Below the pieces are notes generated by a model. That model saw only the letters and a list, made by a program, of their open reading frames with translations, did no database searches and was not told where the DNA came from. This document shows, piece after piece, positions 19,097-29,067 of a stretch of 64,000 nt of DNA (within the stretch, counting starts at the first letter, position 1; each line of letters begins with the position of its first letter). The DNA is from Myxococcota bacterium. Its GTDB lineage: Bacteria; Myxococcota_A; UBA9042; PHBI01; JAWLBL01. Made by a program: the position numbers and the translations under genes. The DNA is taken from contig JAWLBL010000014.1 in assembly GCA_041687695.1 (NCBI GenBank), positions 128,001-192,000 of the forward strand, in the 5' to 3' direction.

Positions 19097-19871
19097 CGCC
19101 GGCTCCGAGGCGCAGGTGGGCGGGGAAGAGGCCGTTGAGGTTGTCGAAGAAGATGCGGCGACGGCCGGCGTCGTCGACGTCGAGCGCGTCGACCACGGCC
19201 TGGAAGCTGCGCGGGTGGTTCAGGTTATAGTCGCTGCCGAAGAGGACCCGCTCGGGCCCCAGGCGGTCGACCGCGTGCTGGACGATCCAGTACTGGCGGA
19301 CGGACTCGGTGCCGAGGAAGGCGTTCGGGATGCCACGCGCTTCGATGTGCGCGACGGTGCCTTGGACCAGATCCGTCCCGTCGCCGCCCATGTGGCAAAG
19401 GATGACGTTGAGATCGGGGTGGCGCTCGGCGACCTCGAGGGGGAAGCGGAACGAGGCCATCTCCTGCCATCGCCCGCAGTGGACCAGGACCGGGACGCCG
19501 CGCTCGGCGGCCCACCGGTAGTACGGGTCGAAGACGGGCTCGGTGCAGCGCTGGCGGAGGAAGCTGGGGTGGATCTTCAGGGCCGCCACGTCGGCGGCGT
19601 GGTCGTCGAGGAACGCGGGCAGCGAGGCGTCCGCGGGGTCGACCCAGGCGCAGAACCGGAAGGCGACCGGCGACGGCCCTTGCGCCCGCAGGGTCGCCAG
19701 GAGGCCCGCGTTGTCGGCGACGTCGGTCGGCATGACGAGCGCGCCCGCGTAGCCCAGCTCGGCGTACAGGCGCGCGGCCTCGGCCAGCTGCGTGGCGCGG
19801 CCGGAGAAGTCGGGGGTCCGCCAAGGCCCCACGTGCACGTGACCGTCGATGACCCTCACAGCCGCGCTCAT
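19086..19871 (-). CDS. Amidohydrolase_2 family TIM-barrel metallohydrolase
   Basis: IDGHVH, LKIHP, VLVHCG, ILCHMGG, FGSDY; start set at ATG 19871. Confidence 0.85.
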   Translation of the reverse strand: MSAAVRVIDGHVHVGPWRTPDFSGRATQLAEAARLYAELGYAGALVMPTDVADNAGLLATLRAQGPSPVAFRFCAWVDPADASLPAFLDDHAADVAALKIHPSFLRQRCTEPVFDPYYRWAAERGVPVLVHCGRWQEMASFRFPLEVAERHPDLNVILCHMGGDGTDLVQGTVAHIEARGIPNAFLGTESVRQYWIVQHAVDRLGPERVLFGSDYNLNHPRSFQAVVDALDVDDAGRRRIFFDNLNGLFPAHLRLGAGDAP

Positions 19872-19891
19872 ACCACGATGCGGCGCGGCCG

Positions 19892-21262
19892 TCAGGTCTC
19901 GTCGGGCGGCGGCTCGGGCGGCGGGTAGAGGAAGCGCAACAGATCGGTGCGCGACAGGATGCCCTGCAGGCGGCCCCCCTCGACGACCGGCAGGCGCCCG
20001 ATGTCCTTGTCCACCATCTTGTCGAGGGCCTCCTCGAGCGTGTCGCCGCAGTCGGCCGTCACGACCGGGTGCGCCATGCAGCTCGACACCGGCAGGTGCA
20101 GCCGCCCGTCCTTGCCGGCCGCCGCCACGTCGCGGCGCGAGATGACCCCGACCAGGGCGCCGTCCTTGAGCACCGGCAACCCCGACACGCCCAGGCCCTC
20201 GAGCATGCGCCCGGCCTGCTCGAGCGGCAGGTCGGCCTCGCAGGTCTGGACGACGCGGGTCATCACGTCGCGGACGCGGCTCGGCCGCGGCGGGTGCTCC
20301 TCGAACCAGGCGACCAGCCGGGCTCGGACCTCGTCGACGGTGACCTTCTTGAGGAGCGCCGATCCCGCCCCGGCGTGACCGCCGCCGCCCATCGCCTGCA
20401 TCAGCTCGCCGATGTCCACCCACGGCACCTGCGAGCGGCCGATGGCCTGGACGCGCTCGCCGTAGCCGAACACGCCGATGACGGCGGCGTGCCCCAGCAG
20501 CGACAACGCGTGCGAGACCACCTCGGCCAGCCGGTCGACCCGCTCGGGCAGCGCGATCGCCGCGAGGCCGATGGGGACGTGCCCGCAGGTCAGGGTCCGC
20601 ACCTGCCGCAGGACCTCGACCAGGACCTCGAGGTGCTCGCCCGAGAACGGCTCGCGCAGGTAGCGCTGGACGACCTCGGTGCGGGCGCCCAGGCCCATCA
20701 GCCAGGCCACCGCGTCCGCGTCGCGGGCCGTCGCGCTGGGGAACGTCAGCGAGCCCGTGTCGGCGTGGATGCCCAGGGCGAGCAGGGTCGCCTCGACCGA
20801 GTCGAGCGCGGCGCCCCGCTCGCGCAGCCGCTCGACCAGGAGCGTCGTCGCCGAGCCGATGGGCTCGACCACCTCGTGGGTGGCCTGGACGTCGTCGGCC
20901 GAGGGCCCGTGGTGATCGTAGACGTGGACCTCGAAGCCGGGCGGCGGGTCGCGCATGCGCTCGAGCAGCGGCCCGTAGTCGCGCAGACGGCTGGCGCGGC
21001 GCACGTCGACGATGATGACCCGCTCGACGGCGTCGAGGTCGAGATCCTCGACGGGCACCTGCTCGAAGCGGTCTTTGTGCAGGGCGAGGAAGTCGCGGAC
21101 GCCGCGGCTGACCGTCTTGCCGCGCACCATCACGGCGCCGGGATACACGCGCGAGGCGGCGACCTTCGAGGCGAGGGCGTCGAAGTCCGCGTTGGCGTGG
21201 GTGACGATGACCTCGCGGGCGGCGAGCCGGCGAGGCGGCGGTGGTGCGTCGGCGGGCTTCAA
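19892..21262 (-). CDS. DHH/DHHA1 phosphoesterase with a C-terminal CBS pair
   Basis: THANADFDALAS, YDHH, GIHADTG, GGGGHAGAGS, then two CBS repeats; TTG 21262 overlaps the upstream TGA (alternative start 21370). Confidence 0.85.
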   Translation of the reverse strand: MKPADAPPPPRRLAAREVIVTHANADFDALASKVAASRVYPGAVMVRGKTVSRGVRDFLALHKDRFEQVPVEDLDLDAVERVIIVDVRRASRLRDYGPLLERMRDPPPGFEVHVYDHHGPSADDVQATHEVVEPIGSATTLLVERLRERGAALDSVEATLLALGIHADTGSLTFPSATARDADAVAWLMGLGARTEVVQRYLREPFSGEHLEVLVEVLRQVRTLTCGHVPIGLAAIALPERVDRLAEVVSHALSLLGHAAVIGVFGYGERVQAIGRSQVPWVDIGELMQAMGGGGHAGAGSALLKKVTVDEVRARLVAWFEEHPPRPSRVRDVMTRVVQTCEADLPLEQAGRMLEGLGVSGLPVLKDGALVGVISRRDVAAAGKDGRLHLPVSSCMAHPVVTADCGDTLEEALDKMVDKDIGRLPVVEGGRLQGILSRTDLLRFLYPPPEPPPDET

Positions 21263-21915
21263 GCGTGCAGGGGCCGGGGCAGCGAGGGAGGGGCCGCCGG
21301 CAGGGCGTAGGGCGCCTGTCGGTAGGCGTCGGCGATACCGCAGCGGCGCGCGGTCCGCAAGTTCGCGCACAGCACGACGTCGGCCTCGGTCGCGGCCCGT
21401 TCGGCGGCCTCCCAGCTCCCGGTGGGCGCGGTGACCAGCACGCGGGCGGCCCCGCCGGCCCGGAGGGCGCGGACCCGGGCGGCCAGCGCGTCGGGGCGCG
21501 TCAACCCTTCGTCGACCAGGATGACCAGCTCGGCCGCGGCGCCGACGGCCAGGGCCTCTGGGCCAAGGACCGGGGCGGTCCCGCGGCGGCGCCGGACGGT
21601 AGCGGCCAGGGGGCCTCGGCGCCGATGCGGGCGCGCCCGGGACCCGAGGGGCGCCGGGGACACGGCGAGGGGGATGGTCTTCACGGCGAACCCGAGCCGC
21701 TCGGCGAGCAGGCAGGCCAGCTCGCTGGCCTGGGGCGTCGCGGCCACGACCGTGCCGCGCAGCCGTCTACAGAAGTCCAGCGCCTCGCCCAGCATGCGGG
21801 CGGCCTCGGGGCGGTCCGCGAAGACGCCGGTGCGACCGCGCAGCTCGGGCAGGTCGACGACCAGGCCGCGCGGGGCGGGTATGGGCGGGGTGCGCGGGGT
21901 CGTGGGCGGGGCCAT
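21259..21915 (-). CDS. Phosphoribosyltransferase-like protein, degenerate
   Basis: VFADRPEAARML, LVILVDEGL, RVLVTAPTGS, EADVVLC resemble the stand-alone PRTase family; PRPP loop altered. Confidence 0.6.
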   Translation of the reverse strand: MAPPTTPRTPPIPAPRGLVVDLPELRGRTGVFADRPEAARMLGEALDFCRRLRGTVVAATPQASELACLLAERLGFAVKTIPLAVSPAPLGSRARPHRRRGPLAATVRRRRGTAPVLGPEALAVGAAAELVILVDEGLTRPDALAARVRALRAGGAARVLVTAPTGSWEAAERAATEADVVLCANLRTARRCGIADAYRQAPYALPAAPPSLPRPLHA

Positions 21916-21931
21916 ACGTCCTCCGGGGCGG

Positions 21932-22909
21932 TCAGGCGCGGGGCATCGCGTCGAGCAGCCGGTCCACGCGCGACAGATCGACGCGGCTCGGGCCGAGCCG
22001 GGGCGCGCGCCGGCGCGGGGTCGCTGCGGGCGCGGCGCGATGGAGGCAGCGCAGGACGCGCATCGGGGTCCCGAGATCCGACCAGCCGCACCAGGGCACG
22101 GCCAGGACGCGGAACAGGTCCGGCGCCCCCTCGAGGACGTCGCGCGAGAAGTCGTGGCTGGGCAGCAGCGGATAGACCTGCGCGAGCGCGGCCCGATCCA
22201 GGTAACCGGCGGCCAGGCAGCGGTCGCGGAGGGTCCGCGCGAGCAGCGGCAGGCTGCGCTCGAAGGCGCCGACCAGCGTCCGGACCGGGGCCGCGAAGGT
22301 CATGCTGCTCCACAGCCCGCCCTGTTGGAACAGGCGCTGGGCCAGCAGCTTGTCGGGCTTTTCGACGAAGGCGGCGACGCGGCGGGTGGCGTCCTCGCCG
22401 TCGTCGGCGGGGACGATCCAGCCGTAGCCGAAGTCCGGCGCGTCGGGGCGCATGCCGAGCAGGACCGACTGCCCGTCGCGGCGCGCGCTCGACAGCGCGG
22501 CCTCGAGGCCCCGGACCAAGGCCGCCTCGTCGGTGGCGTGGTGGTCGCTGGGCAGGGTCAGGACGGCGGCGTCGGGATCCTGCAGCTGGACGTGCAGCAA
22601 CGCGAGCAGGAGCCCGGCGGCCGTCCCGCGGCCGACCGGCTCGACCAGCACGTTGGCGCGCGGCAGGTCGGCCAGCTCCGTCGTCCACCAGGGGCGGTGG
22701 CGCTCGGCGACGACGACGACGATGCGGTCCTTGGGGACCAGCCGCGCGACCCGGTCCAAGGTCGCCCCGAGCAGCGAGCGGTCGCTGCGGAAGGTGCAGA
22801 ACTGCTTGGGCACGCTCACGCCGTCGGGGCTCATCGTGACGCGCGACAGGCGCGTGCCCTCGCCTCCCGCCAGGATGACCGCCCAAGCTCTCCGCGGTTC
22901 GTTCTGCAT
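21932..22909 (-). CDS. Sugar-phosphate nucleotidyltransferase (mannose-1-phosphate guanylyltransferase-like, no isomerase domain)
   Basis: VILAGGEGTRL, PKQF, EPVGRGTA, LPSDH, FGYGWI, FVEKP, GWSDLGTP. Confidence 0.85.
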   Translation of the reverse strand: MQNEPRRAWAVILAGGEGTRLSRVTMSPDGVSVPKQFCTFRSDRSLLGATLDRVARLVPKDRIVVVVAERHRPWWTTELADLPRANVLVEPVGRGTAAGLLLALLHVQLQDPDAAVLTLPSDHHATDEAALVRGLEAALSSARRDGQSVLLGMRPDAPDFGYGWIVPADDGEDATRRVAAFVEKPDKLLAQRLFQQGGLWSSMTFAAPVRTLVGAFERSLPLLARTLRDRCLAAGYLDRAALAQVYPLLPSHDFSRDVLEGAPDLFRVLAVPWCGWSDLGTPMRVLRCLHRAAPAATPRRRAPRLGPSRVDLSRVDRLLDAMPRA

Positions 22910-22976
22910 GCTTCCCCACTCCCCTGATGCGGTTGCGCCGGCCGGACGGCGGGCGTGTTGGCTCCGGTGGGACAGG

Positions 22977-22992
22977 TGCAACAGCCGTACCA
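22977..22992 (-). promoter_or_regulatory. Sigma54 -24/-12 promoter
   Basis: Minus strand TGGTACG-GCTG-TTGCA against consensus TGGCACG-N4-TTGCW; 67 bp upstream of ATG 22909. Confidence 0.8.
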
Positions 22993-22997
22993 CAACG

Positions 22998-23010
22998 CAA
23001 CCCGTTGAAA
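22998..23010 (-). promoter_or_regulatory. Putative IHF binding site
   Basis: Minus strand TTTCAACGGGTTG against WATCAANNNNTTR (1 mismatch); lies between the promoter and the enhancer-like boxes. Confidence 0.55.
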
Positions 23011-23046
23011 TCACGAGGTGCTGGCGGGCTCGACGGCGCGCGGCGC

Positions 23047-23187
23047 GGGGATAATTCCCCATTCCAGTGGGGACCAGGGCGGGAAAGGAGCGCTTCGGGG
23101 CCGCCCGGATCGCGCGGAGGGGCTGGCGCAGGCCGGACCGGGGAGGCCGGTGGGAAATTTCCCGCCCCTCGTCCTGGGAAAAATCCC
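23047..23187. promoter_or_regulatory. Three palindromic GGGA-W4-TCCC boxes, putative enhancer (UAS) sites
   Basis: GGGGATAATTCCCC 23047-23060, GGGAAATTTCCC 23152-23163, GGGAAAAATCCC 23176-23187. Confidence 0.65.
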
Positions 23188-23321
23188 TCGCCATCCCAGG
23201 GCCGGCGCGCAGGCCGAAAAGTGCCCCATTTCTTCGTCATTACACGTCGTTGGAGGTCCACGGCCGCGACCTCCAAGCCTCGTCTCTAGCCCTGCGAAGG
23301 CGGCGCCCTATACTGGCGCGC

Positions 23322-24710
<1,389 letters not shown>

Positions 24711-24726
24711 CGCCCGCCCGGTCGCC

Positions 24727-25272
24727 TCAGTCCTCGCTGAGCTGCCCGTACCAGTAGCTCATGTCCGTCAGGTACTGCCGCCACGACGGGGGCATCGACC
24801 GGTCCGTCGTGAACCGCAGGCGCCAGCTGTCGGGCAGCGAGCGCGGCTTGACCGGCTCCGACATCAGGCGCATGCGCGCGTCCTCGGGCGTGCGGTTGCC
24901 CTTGCGCTGGTTGCAGGGCAGGCAGGCGATGACGATGTTGTCCCAGCGCGTCAGGCCGCCGCGGCTGCGGGGGACCACGTGGTCGTAGGTCGCGAGGTGA
25001 CGCGGGACGCGGTGGCCGCAGTACTGGCAGCGCCCCTTGTCGCGCGCGTAGACGTTCTCGCGCGAGAACTTCACGCCGGGGCGGTGCCGACGCAGCGCGC
25101 GGACGAAGCGCACCACGGACGGCATGGGCAGCTGCACGCTGACCGTGCGCACCACCCGGTCCTCGTATTCCTCGACGATCTCGACGCGGCCCGTCACCCA
25201 GAGCGTCATGGCGCGCTGCCAGCTGACTCGCTCCATCGGCTCCCAGGCCGCGCTGAGTACCAGGGTCTCCAT
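24727..25272 (-). CDS. Stand-alone HNH endonuclease
   Basis: FSRENVYARDKGRCQYCG...TYDHVVPRSRGG...NIVIACLPCNQRKG. Confidence 0.9.
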   Translation of the reverse strand: METLVLSAAWEPMERVSWQRAMTLWVTGRVEIVEEYEDRVVRTVSVQLPMPSVVRFVRALRRHRPGVKFSRENVYARDKGRCQYCGHRVPRHLATYDHVVPRSRGGLTRWDNIVIACLPCNQRKGNRTPEDARMRLMSEPVKPRSLPDSWRLRFTTDRSMPPSWRQYLTDMSYWYGQLSED

Positions 25273-25499
25273 CGATCGCGCCTTCGGTGACGGGCGCCGC
25301 GCGAGCCATGTGGCTCGCAGCGGCCTTGCTGCCTCAACACGCGGCGGCCGCGGTCCATGCCCCGGGAACCTCCCGCCGTCGCCGTCGTCCCTGGTGCACG
25401 GGCCGTGACGCGCGCAGGACCCGCGACCCGTGGACGCGCGGGCGCGGACGAGGGACCATCACCCGACGGCGCGGCGCCCCCTGGTCGGTGGAGGAACGG

Positions 25500-26753
25500 A
25501 TGGAGCCCCTTTTCGCCTTGTCGCTCTTGGCCACCTTCTGGCTCGCGCCCGCGCCGGATGCGGCCCTCGGCGCGCTCGCGGCCGCCCTCGACGCCGGGGC
25601 CGAGGCCTCGACCGCCCAGCTCGCCCGCGAGGACGCGGAGGCCACCCTCGCCCACGGCGCGGCGCTGGTCGAGCGCTTCGAGTGCGCCCGCTGTCACGTC
25701 TCGGAGCGCCTCGCCGCGCCTGCCCGCGAGCAGCACTGCGTGGGCTGCCATCAGGACATCCTGGCCGGCCGCTACGACGCCCCGCCCGACGTGTTGGCCG
25801 ACTGGCGCCGGCACATCGTCAACCTGCGGCACGCCCCCAGCCTGGACGCCACCGCGCGCCGCTTCCGCCGCGACTGGCTGGCTCGCTTCCTCGTGGCCCC
25901 GCACGACCTCCGCCCCGCCCTGCCCGCCTCGATGCCCCGCCTGCCGCTGCGCCCCGCGCAGGCGCGCGCCATCGCCGCCTGGCTGGTCCCGACCGAGGAC
26001 CTCGGCCCCGCCCCGGCCGGCGATCCCACCCGCGGCCGCGTCCTGCTCGACACCAAGGGCTGCGGCACCTGCCACCGCATGACCGGCGCCGAGCCGCCCC
26101 TGAAGCCGTCGCCGCTGCCCGTCACCGTCCCGGCCGAGGCCATGGTCGCCGGCATGGCCCTGGCCCCCGACCTGCGCCACACCCGCGCGCGCTTCCAGCC
26201 GGCCGCCCTGGTCCCGTGGCTGCTCGATCCGGTCGCCGTCAAGCCCGACACGACGATGCCCAAGGTGCCGCTGACCGAGGCCGAGGCGCGCGACATCGCC
26301 GCCTACCTCCTGCACGCGCCGCTCGCGCCCGCCCCCGTGGCCGCCCTGCCGAGCCGCCTGCCGCCGCTGAGCCGCCGCGTCACCTGGGACGAGGTCGCCG
26401 CCCGCGTCTTCCGCGACACCTGCTGGCACTGCCACGGCGAGCCCGACCCGGTCCGCGGCGACGGAGGGCCCGGCAACACGGGCGGCTTCGGCTACGCGGG
26501 CCGCCGGCTCGTGCTGTCCGACTACACCGCCGTCGCCTCGGGCAGCGTCGACGACGCGGGGCACCGGCGCAGCCTGTTCACGCGCCTGCCGGACGGGACC
26601 CCGCGCCTCGTCGCGCACTTGATGGCGCGCCACGCCGAGGTGGCCGGGCGGCCCGTCCACGGCGTGCTGGGCATGCCCCTGGGCCTGCCCCCGCTGAGCC
26701 TCGAGGACATCCAGCTGGTCGAGACGTGGATCACCCAGGGCCGGCCCCGCTGA
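25500..26753 (+). CDS. Tetraheme c-type cytochrome
   Basis: Four CxxCH motifs (CARCH, CVGCH, CGTCH, CWHCH); signal-like N-terminus; MP motifs. Confidence 0.85.
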   Translation: MEPLFALSLLATFWLAPAPDAALGALAAALDAGAEASTAQLAREDAEATLAHGAALVERFECARCHVSERLAAPAREQHCVGCHQDILAGRYDAPPDVLADWRRHIVNLRHAPSLDATARRFRRDWLARFLVAPHDLRPALPASMPRLPLRPAQARAIAAWLVPTEDLGPAPAGDPTRGRVLLDTKGCGTCHRMTGAEPPLKPSPLPVTVPAEAMVAGMALAPDLRHTRARFQPAALVPWLLDPVAVKPDTTMPKVPLTEAEARDIAAYLLHAPLAPAPVAALPSRLPPLSRRVTWDEVAARVFRDTCWHCHGEPDPVRGDGGPGNTGGFGYAGRRLVLSDYTAVASGSVDDAGHRRSLFTRLPDGTPRLVAHLMARHAEVAGRPVHGVLGMPLGLPPLSLEDIQLVETWITQGRPR

Positions 26754-26861
26754 CCGGCGCGGCTTGAAGACGATCCGCAAGCGATTACGGGTATTTACAC
26801 ATCCCTCCGCCGCACCCGGTCCCGGGCCGCGGCGCGCCTGTCACCGACCAGGAGGTGGGGC

Positions 26862-27392
26862 TTGCCCCTACGAATCCACCCGAGCTCGGGGGCCATCCAA
26901 TGGCTCGCCACCGGCGCCGCGATGGGCGTCGTGGCGGGCGTGACCCTGGGCTTGTACGAGATGATCGTCGCCGGCCTGACCGGGCCCGGCTTCCTCGCCC
27001 CCGTCATCGCCGCCGCGTCGCTCGTGGACGGCCCGGACGCCCTGGCGGCCGCCGAACAGGCCGAGGTGATCCGCCGTGGCCTGATGGTCCACGCGGCCCT
27101 GTCGGCCGGCTGGGGCGCGTTCTTCGGGCTGCTCGGCGCCCTCGTGCCCGTCCTGAGGATGAGCCGGCTGGGTGTCTTCCTCGTCGGGCCGCTGTTCGGG
27201 GCCCTGGTGTGGGCCGTGCACTTCCAGCTGGCCGTGCCGCTCCTGTTCCCGTGGTTCCCCACGAGCCCCGGCGGCATGGGGCTGACCGGCCACGTGGCGC
27301 TGTTCGGCGCCGTCCTGGGCGCGCTGGTGGCGCGTCGCATGGACCGCTACAGCCTGCGCGCCGAGCTGGGCCAGCCGTCGCGCGCCTCCTGA
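26862..27392 (+). CDS. Hypothetical four-helix membrane protein
   Basis: Four hydrophobic segments with His residues (MVHAALS, GHVALFG); AGGAGG before the TTG start. Confidence 0.65.
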   Translation: MPLRIHPSSGAIQWLATGAAMGVVAGVTLGLYEMIVAGLTGPGFLAPVIAAASLVDGPDALAAAEQAEVIRRGLMVHAALSAGWGAFFGLLGALVPVLRMSRLGVFLVGPLFGALVWAVHFQLAVPLLFPWFPTSPGGMGLTGHVALFGAVLGALVARRMDRYSLRAELGQPSRAS

Positions 27393-27465
27393 CGAGGCGC
27401 GCGGGCTCCGAGGTGCCCCGCCACGCCGGCGGGGCACGTTCGCCGTGGTCCTCCGGGCGCGGGGC

Positions 27466-27879
27466 CTACTCGAGCTGGTCGCGCAGCCCCCGGAGCACGT
27501 CGATGTAGCTCACGATGCCGACGAGCTCGCCGGTGTGCTCCTGGACGACCGGGATGGCGCCCACGCGGTGCTCGATCATCAGATCCATCACCTCGCCGAG
27601 GTCCGTCTCCGGGTCGACGTAGAGGACGTCACCGCTCATGACGTCCGAGATCGCCGCGCGCCCGCCCGCCTCGACCACACGCAGCGCGCGGTCGTCGTCG
27701 GCGGTCACGGCCGACATGGCCCGGAGGTCGCGGTCGCTGACCATCCCCACGAGCTGCCCGGCGTCGACGATCGGCAGGTGCCGCACGTCCAGGTCATGAA
27801 GCAGCTCGTAGGCCTGCGACACCGAGGTGTCGGTGCCGACGAACCGCGGATGACGTGTCATCACGTCCTGTGCGTTCAT
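27466..27879 (-). CDS. CBS-pair protein
   Basis: DVMTR, VRHLPIV, GMVSDRDL, GAIPVV, GIVSYID. Confidence 0.9.
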   Translation of the reverse strand: MNAQDVMTRHPRFVGTDTSVSQAYELLHDLDVRHLPIVDAGQLVGMVSDRDLRAMSAVTADDDRALRVVEAGGRAAISDVMSGDVLYVDPETDLGEVMDLMIEHRVGAIPVVQEHTGELVGIVSYIDVLRGLRDQLE

Positions 27880-27960
27880 GGCGTCCCCCCTTCCAGGTCC
27901 ACGGACAACCATGCGCCCGCCCCACGGCCGTTCAAGCGCAGCGCGCCTGGAGGCGGCCGC

Positions 27961-28743
27961 TCAGTCGTCGGGGTTCCAGTTGCCGTCCACGTCCGGGGGG
28001 CGCTCCTGGAGGCTGGAGGCCAGCTCGCCGAGATCCTGGTAGCGGCTCTGGCAGGGGCGCCCCTCGGCGTGCAGGAACCGCACCCGTCGGTAGTCGGCCG
28101 ACAGCCGGATGAGGGTGGACGAACGCGTCCCGTAGTTGCGGCCGTCGGCGTGGACGCACGTCCCCGCCAGCGGATCGGGGTCGTGACGCCGCAGAAGCTC
28201 GAGGAGCGCCTCGTCCGTGGGCGCCTCGGAGGCGCGCGCGAGGCGGTCGAGCGTCTCGGCGAGCGCCGCCTCGCGCGCGGGGGTCCGGGCGCCGAAGCTG
28301 GCCTCGGTGAAGACGTGGGCGCCGGGCTCGAGGGCGTCCCAGGCGAAGCGGACCCCGTCGCTCCAGGCGACGAAGGCCTCGTCGCGGTCCGCGATGACCA
28401 GATTGAAGGGGTTGAACGCGATGGCGTCGAGGTCGGCGACGTGCTCGATGGCGACCCGGGCCCTGGGCTCGGTCAGCGCGGCCAAGGGCAGCTCGCCGCG
28501 CGAGCGGCGGTGGGGCTGGCGCACCTGCCCCATGCGGTTGGTGACGGCCGCCACGACGCCGCCCGCGTTGATCCCGAGCCAGGTGCCGCCGGCCTCGACG
28601 TCGCGCGGCGCCAGCGTCGGGATGGCGTGCTTGTCCCAGAGCGTGGGCGGCTCGGCGGGTCGGTCGAGGCGCTCGTCCCGGTTGGCCGCGAGGATGAGGG
28701 GCGCCTCGGGGAAGAGGCCGTGGAGCAGAATGAGCGTGCACAT
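27961..28743 (-). CDS. NRDE/TANGO2 family protein
   Basis: MCT N-terminus, AANRDE, GGTWLG, SRGEL, YGTRSST. Confidence 0.9.
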   Translation of the reverse strand: MCTLILLHGLFPEAPLILAANRDERLDRPAEPPTLWDKHAIPTLAPRDVEAGGTWLGINAGGVVAAVTNRMGQVRQPHRRSRGELPLAALTEPRARVAIEHVADLDAIAFNPFNLVIADRDEAFVAWSDGVRFAWDALEPGAHVFTEASFGARTPAREAALAETLDRLARASEAPTDEALLELLRRHDPDPLAGTCVHADGRNYGTRSSTLIRLSADYRRVRFLHAEGRPCQSRYQDLGELASSLQERPPDVDGNWNPDD

Positions 28744-29067
28744 GGGCGGTTCCTGAACCGACGGCAGGGGGTCGCCGCAAGAGTGCCCCAAGCCCGGTTC
28801 ACCGGCTACGTTCCGAGCGCGTGCGGCCGCGGCGCAGGGCGGCGCGGAGCGCGCGCTGCGGCGACGCTGAGCGGCAGCCCCCATGACACGCGCGTCATGG
28901 CCCCGGTGGATTCGCGGAGGCGACGCGCCGCGAGCGCGAGCGACTGGACGGCCCGGCGCGCCGCCCCCATGGCGTCTCCATGGCGTCTCGCGGTGCAGGC
29001 ACGAGCTTTGCAGGATGAGAGCGAAGGACTTGCGTCATAACGCAGCGCGTCATATGGAGTCCTCCTC

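Noticed and set aside
24727..25272. HNH as IscB/Cas9-like RNA-guided nuclease or restriction system
   Set aside because: Only 181 aa, with no RuvC or PLMP segments, no methyltransferase and no recognisable ncRNA or array
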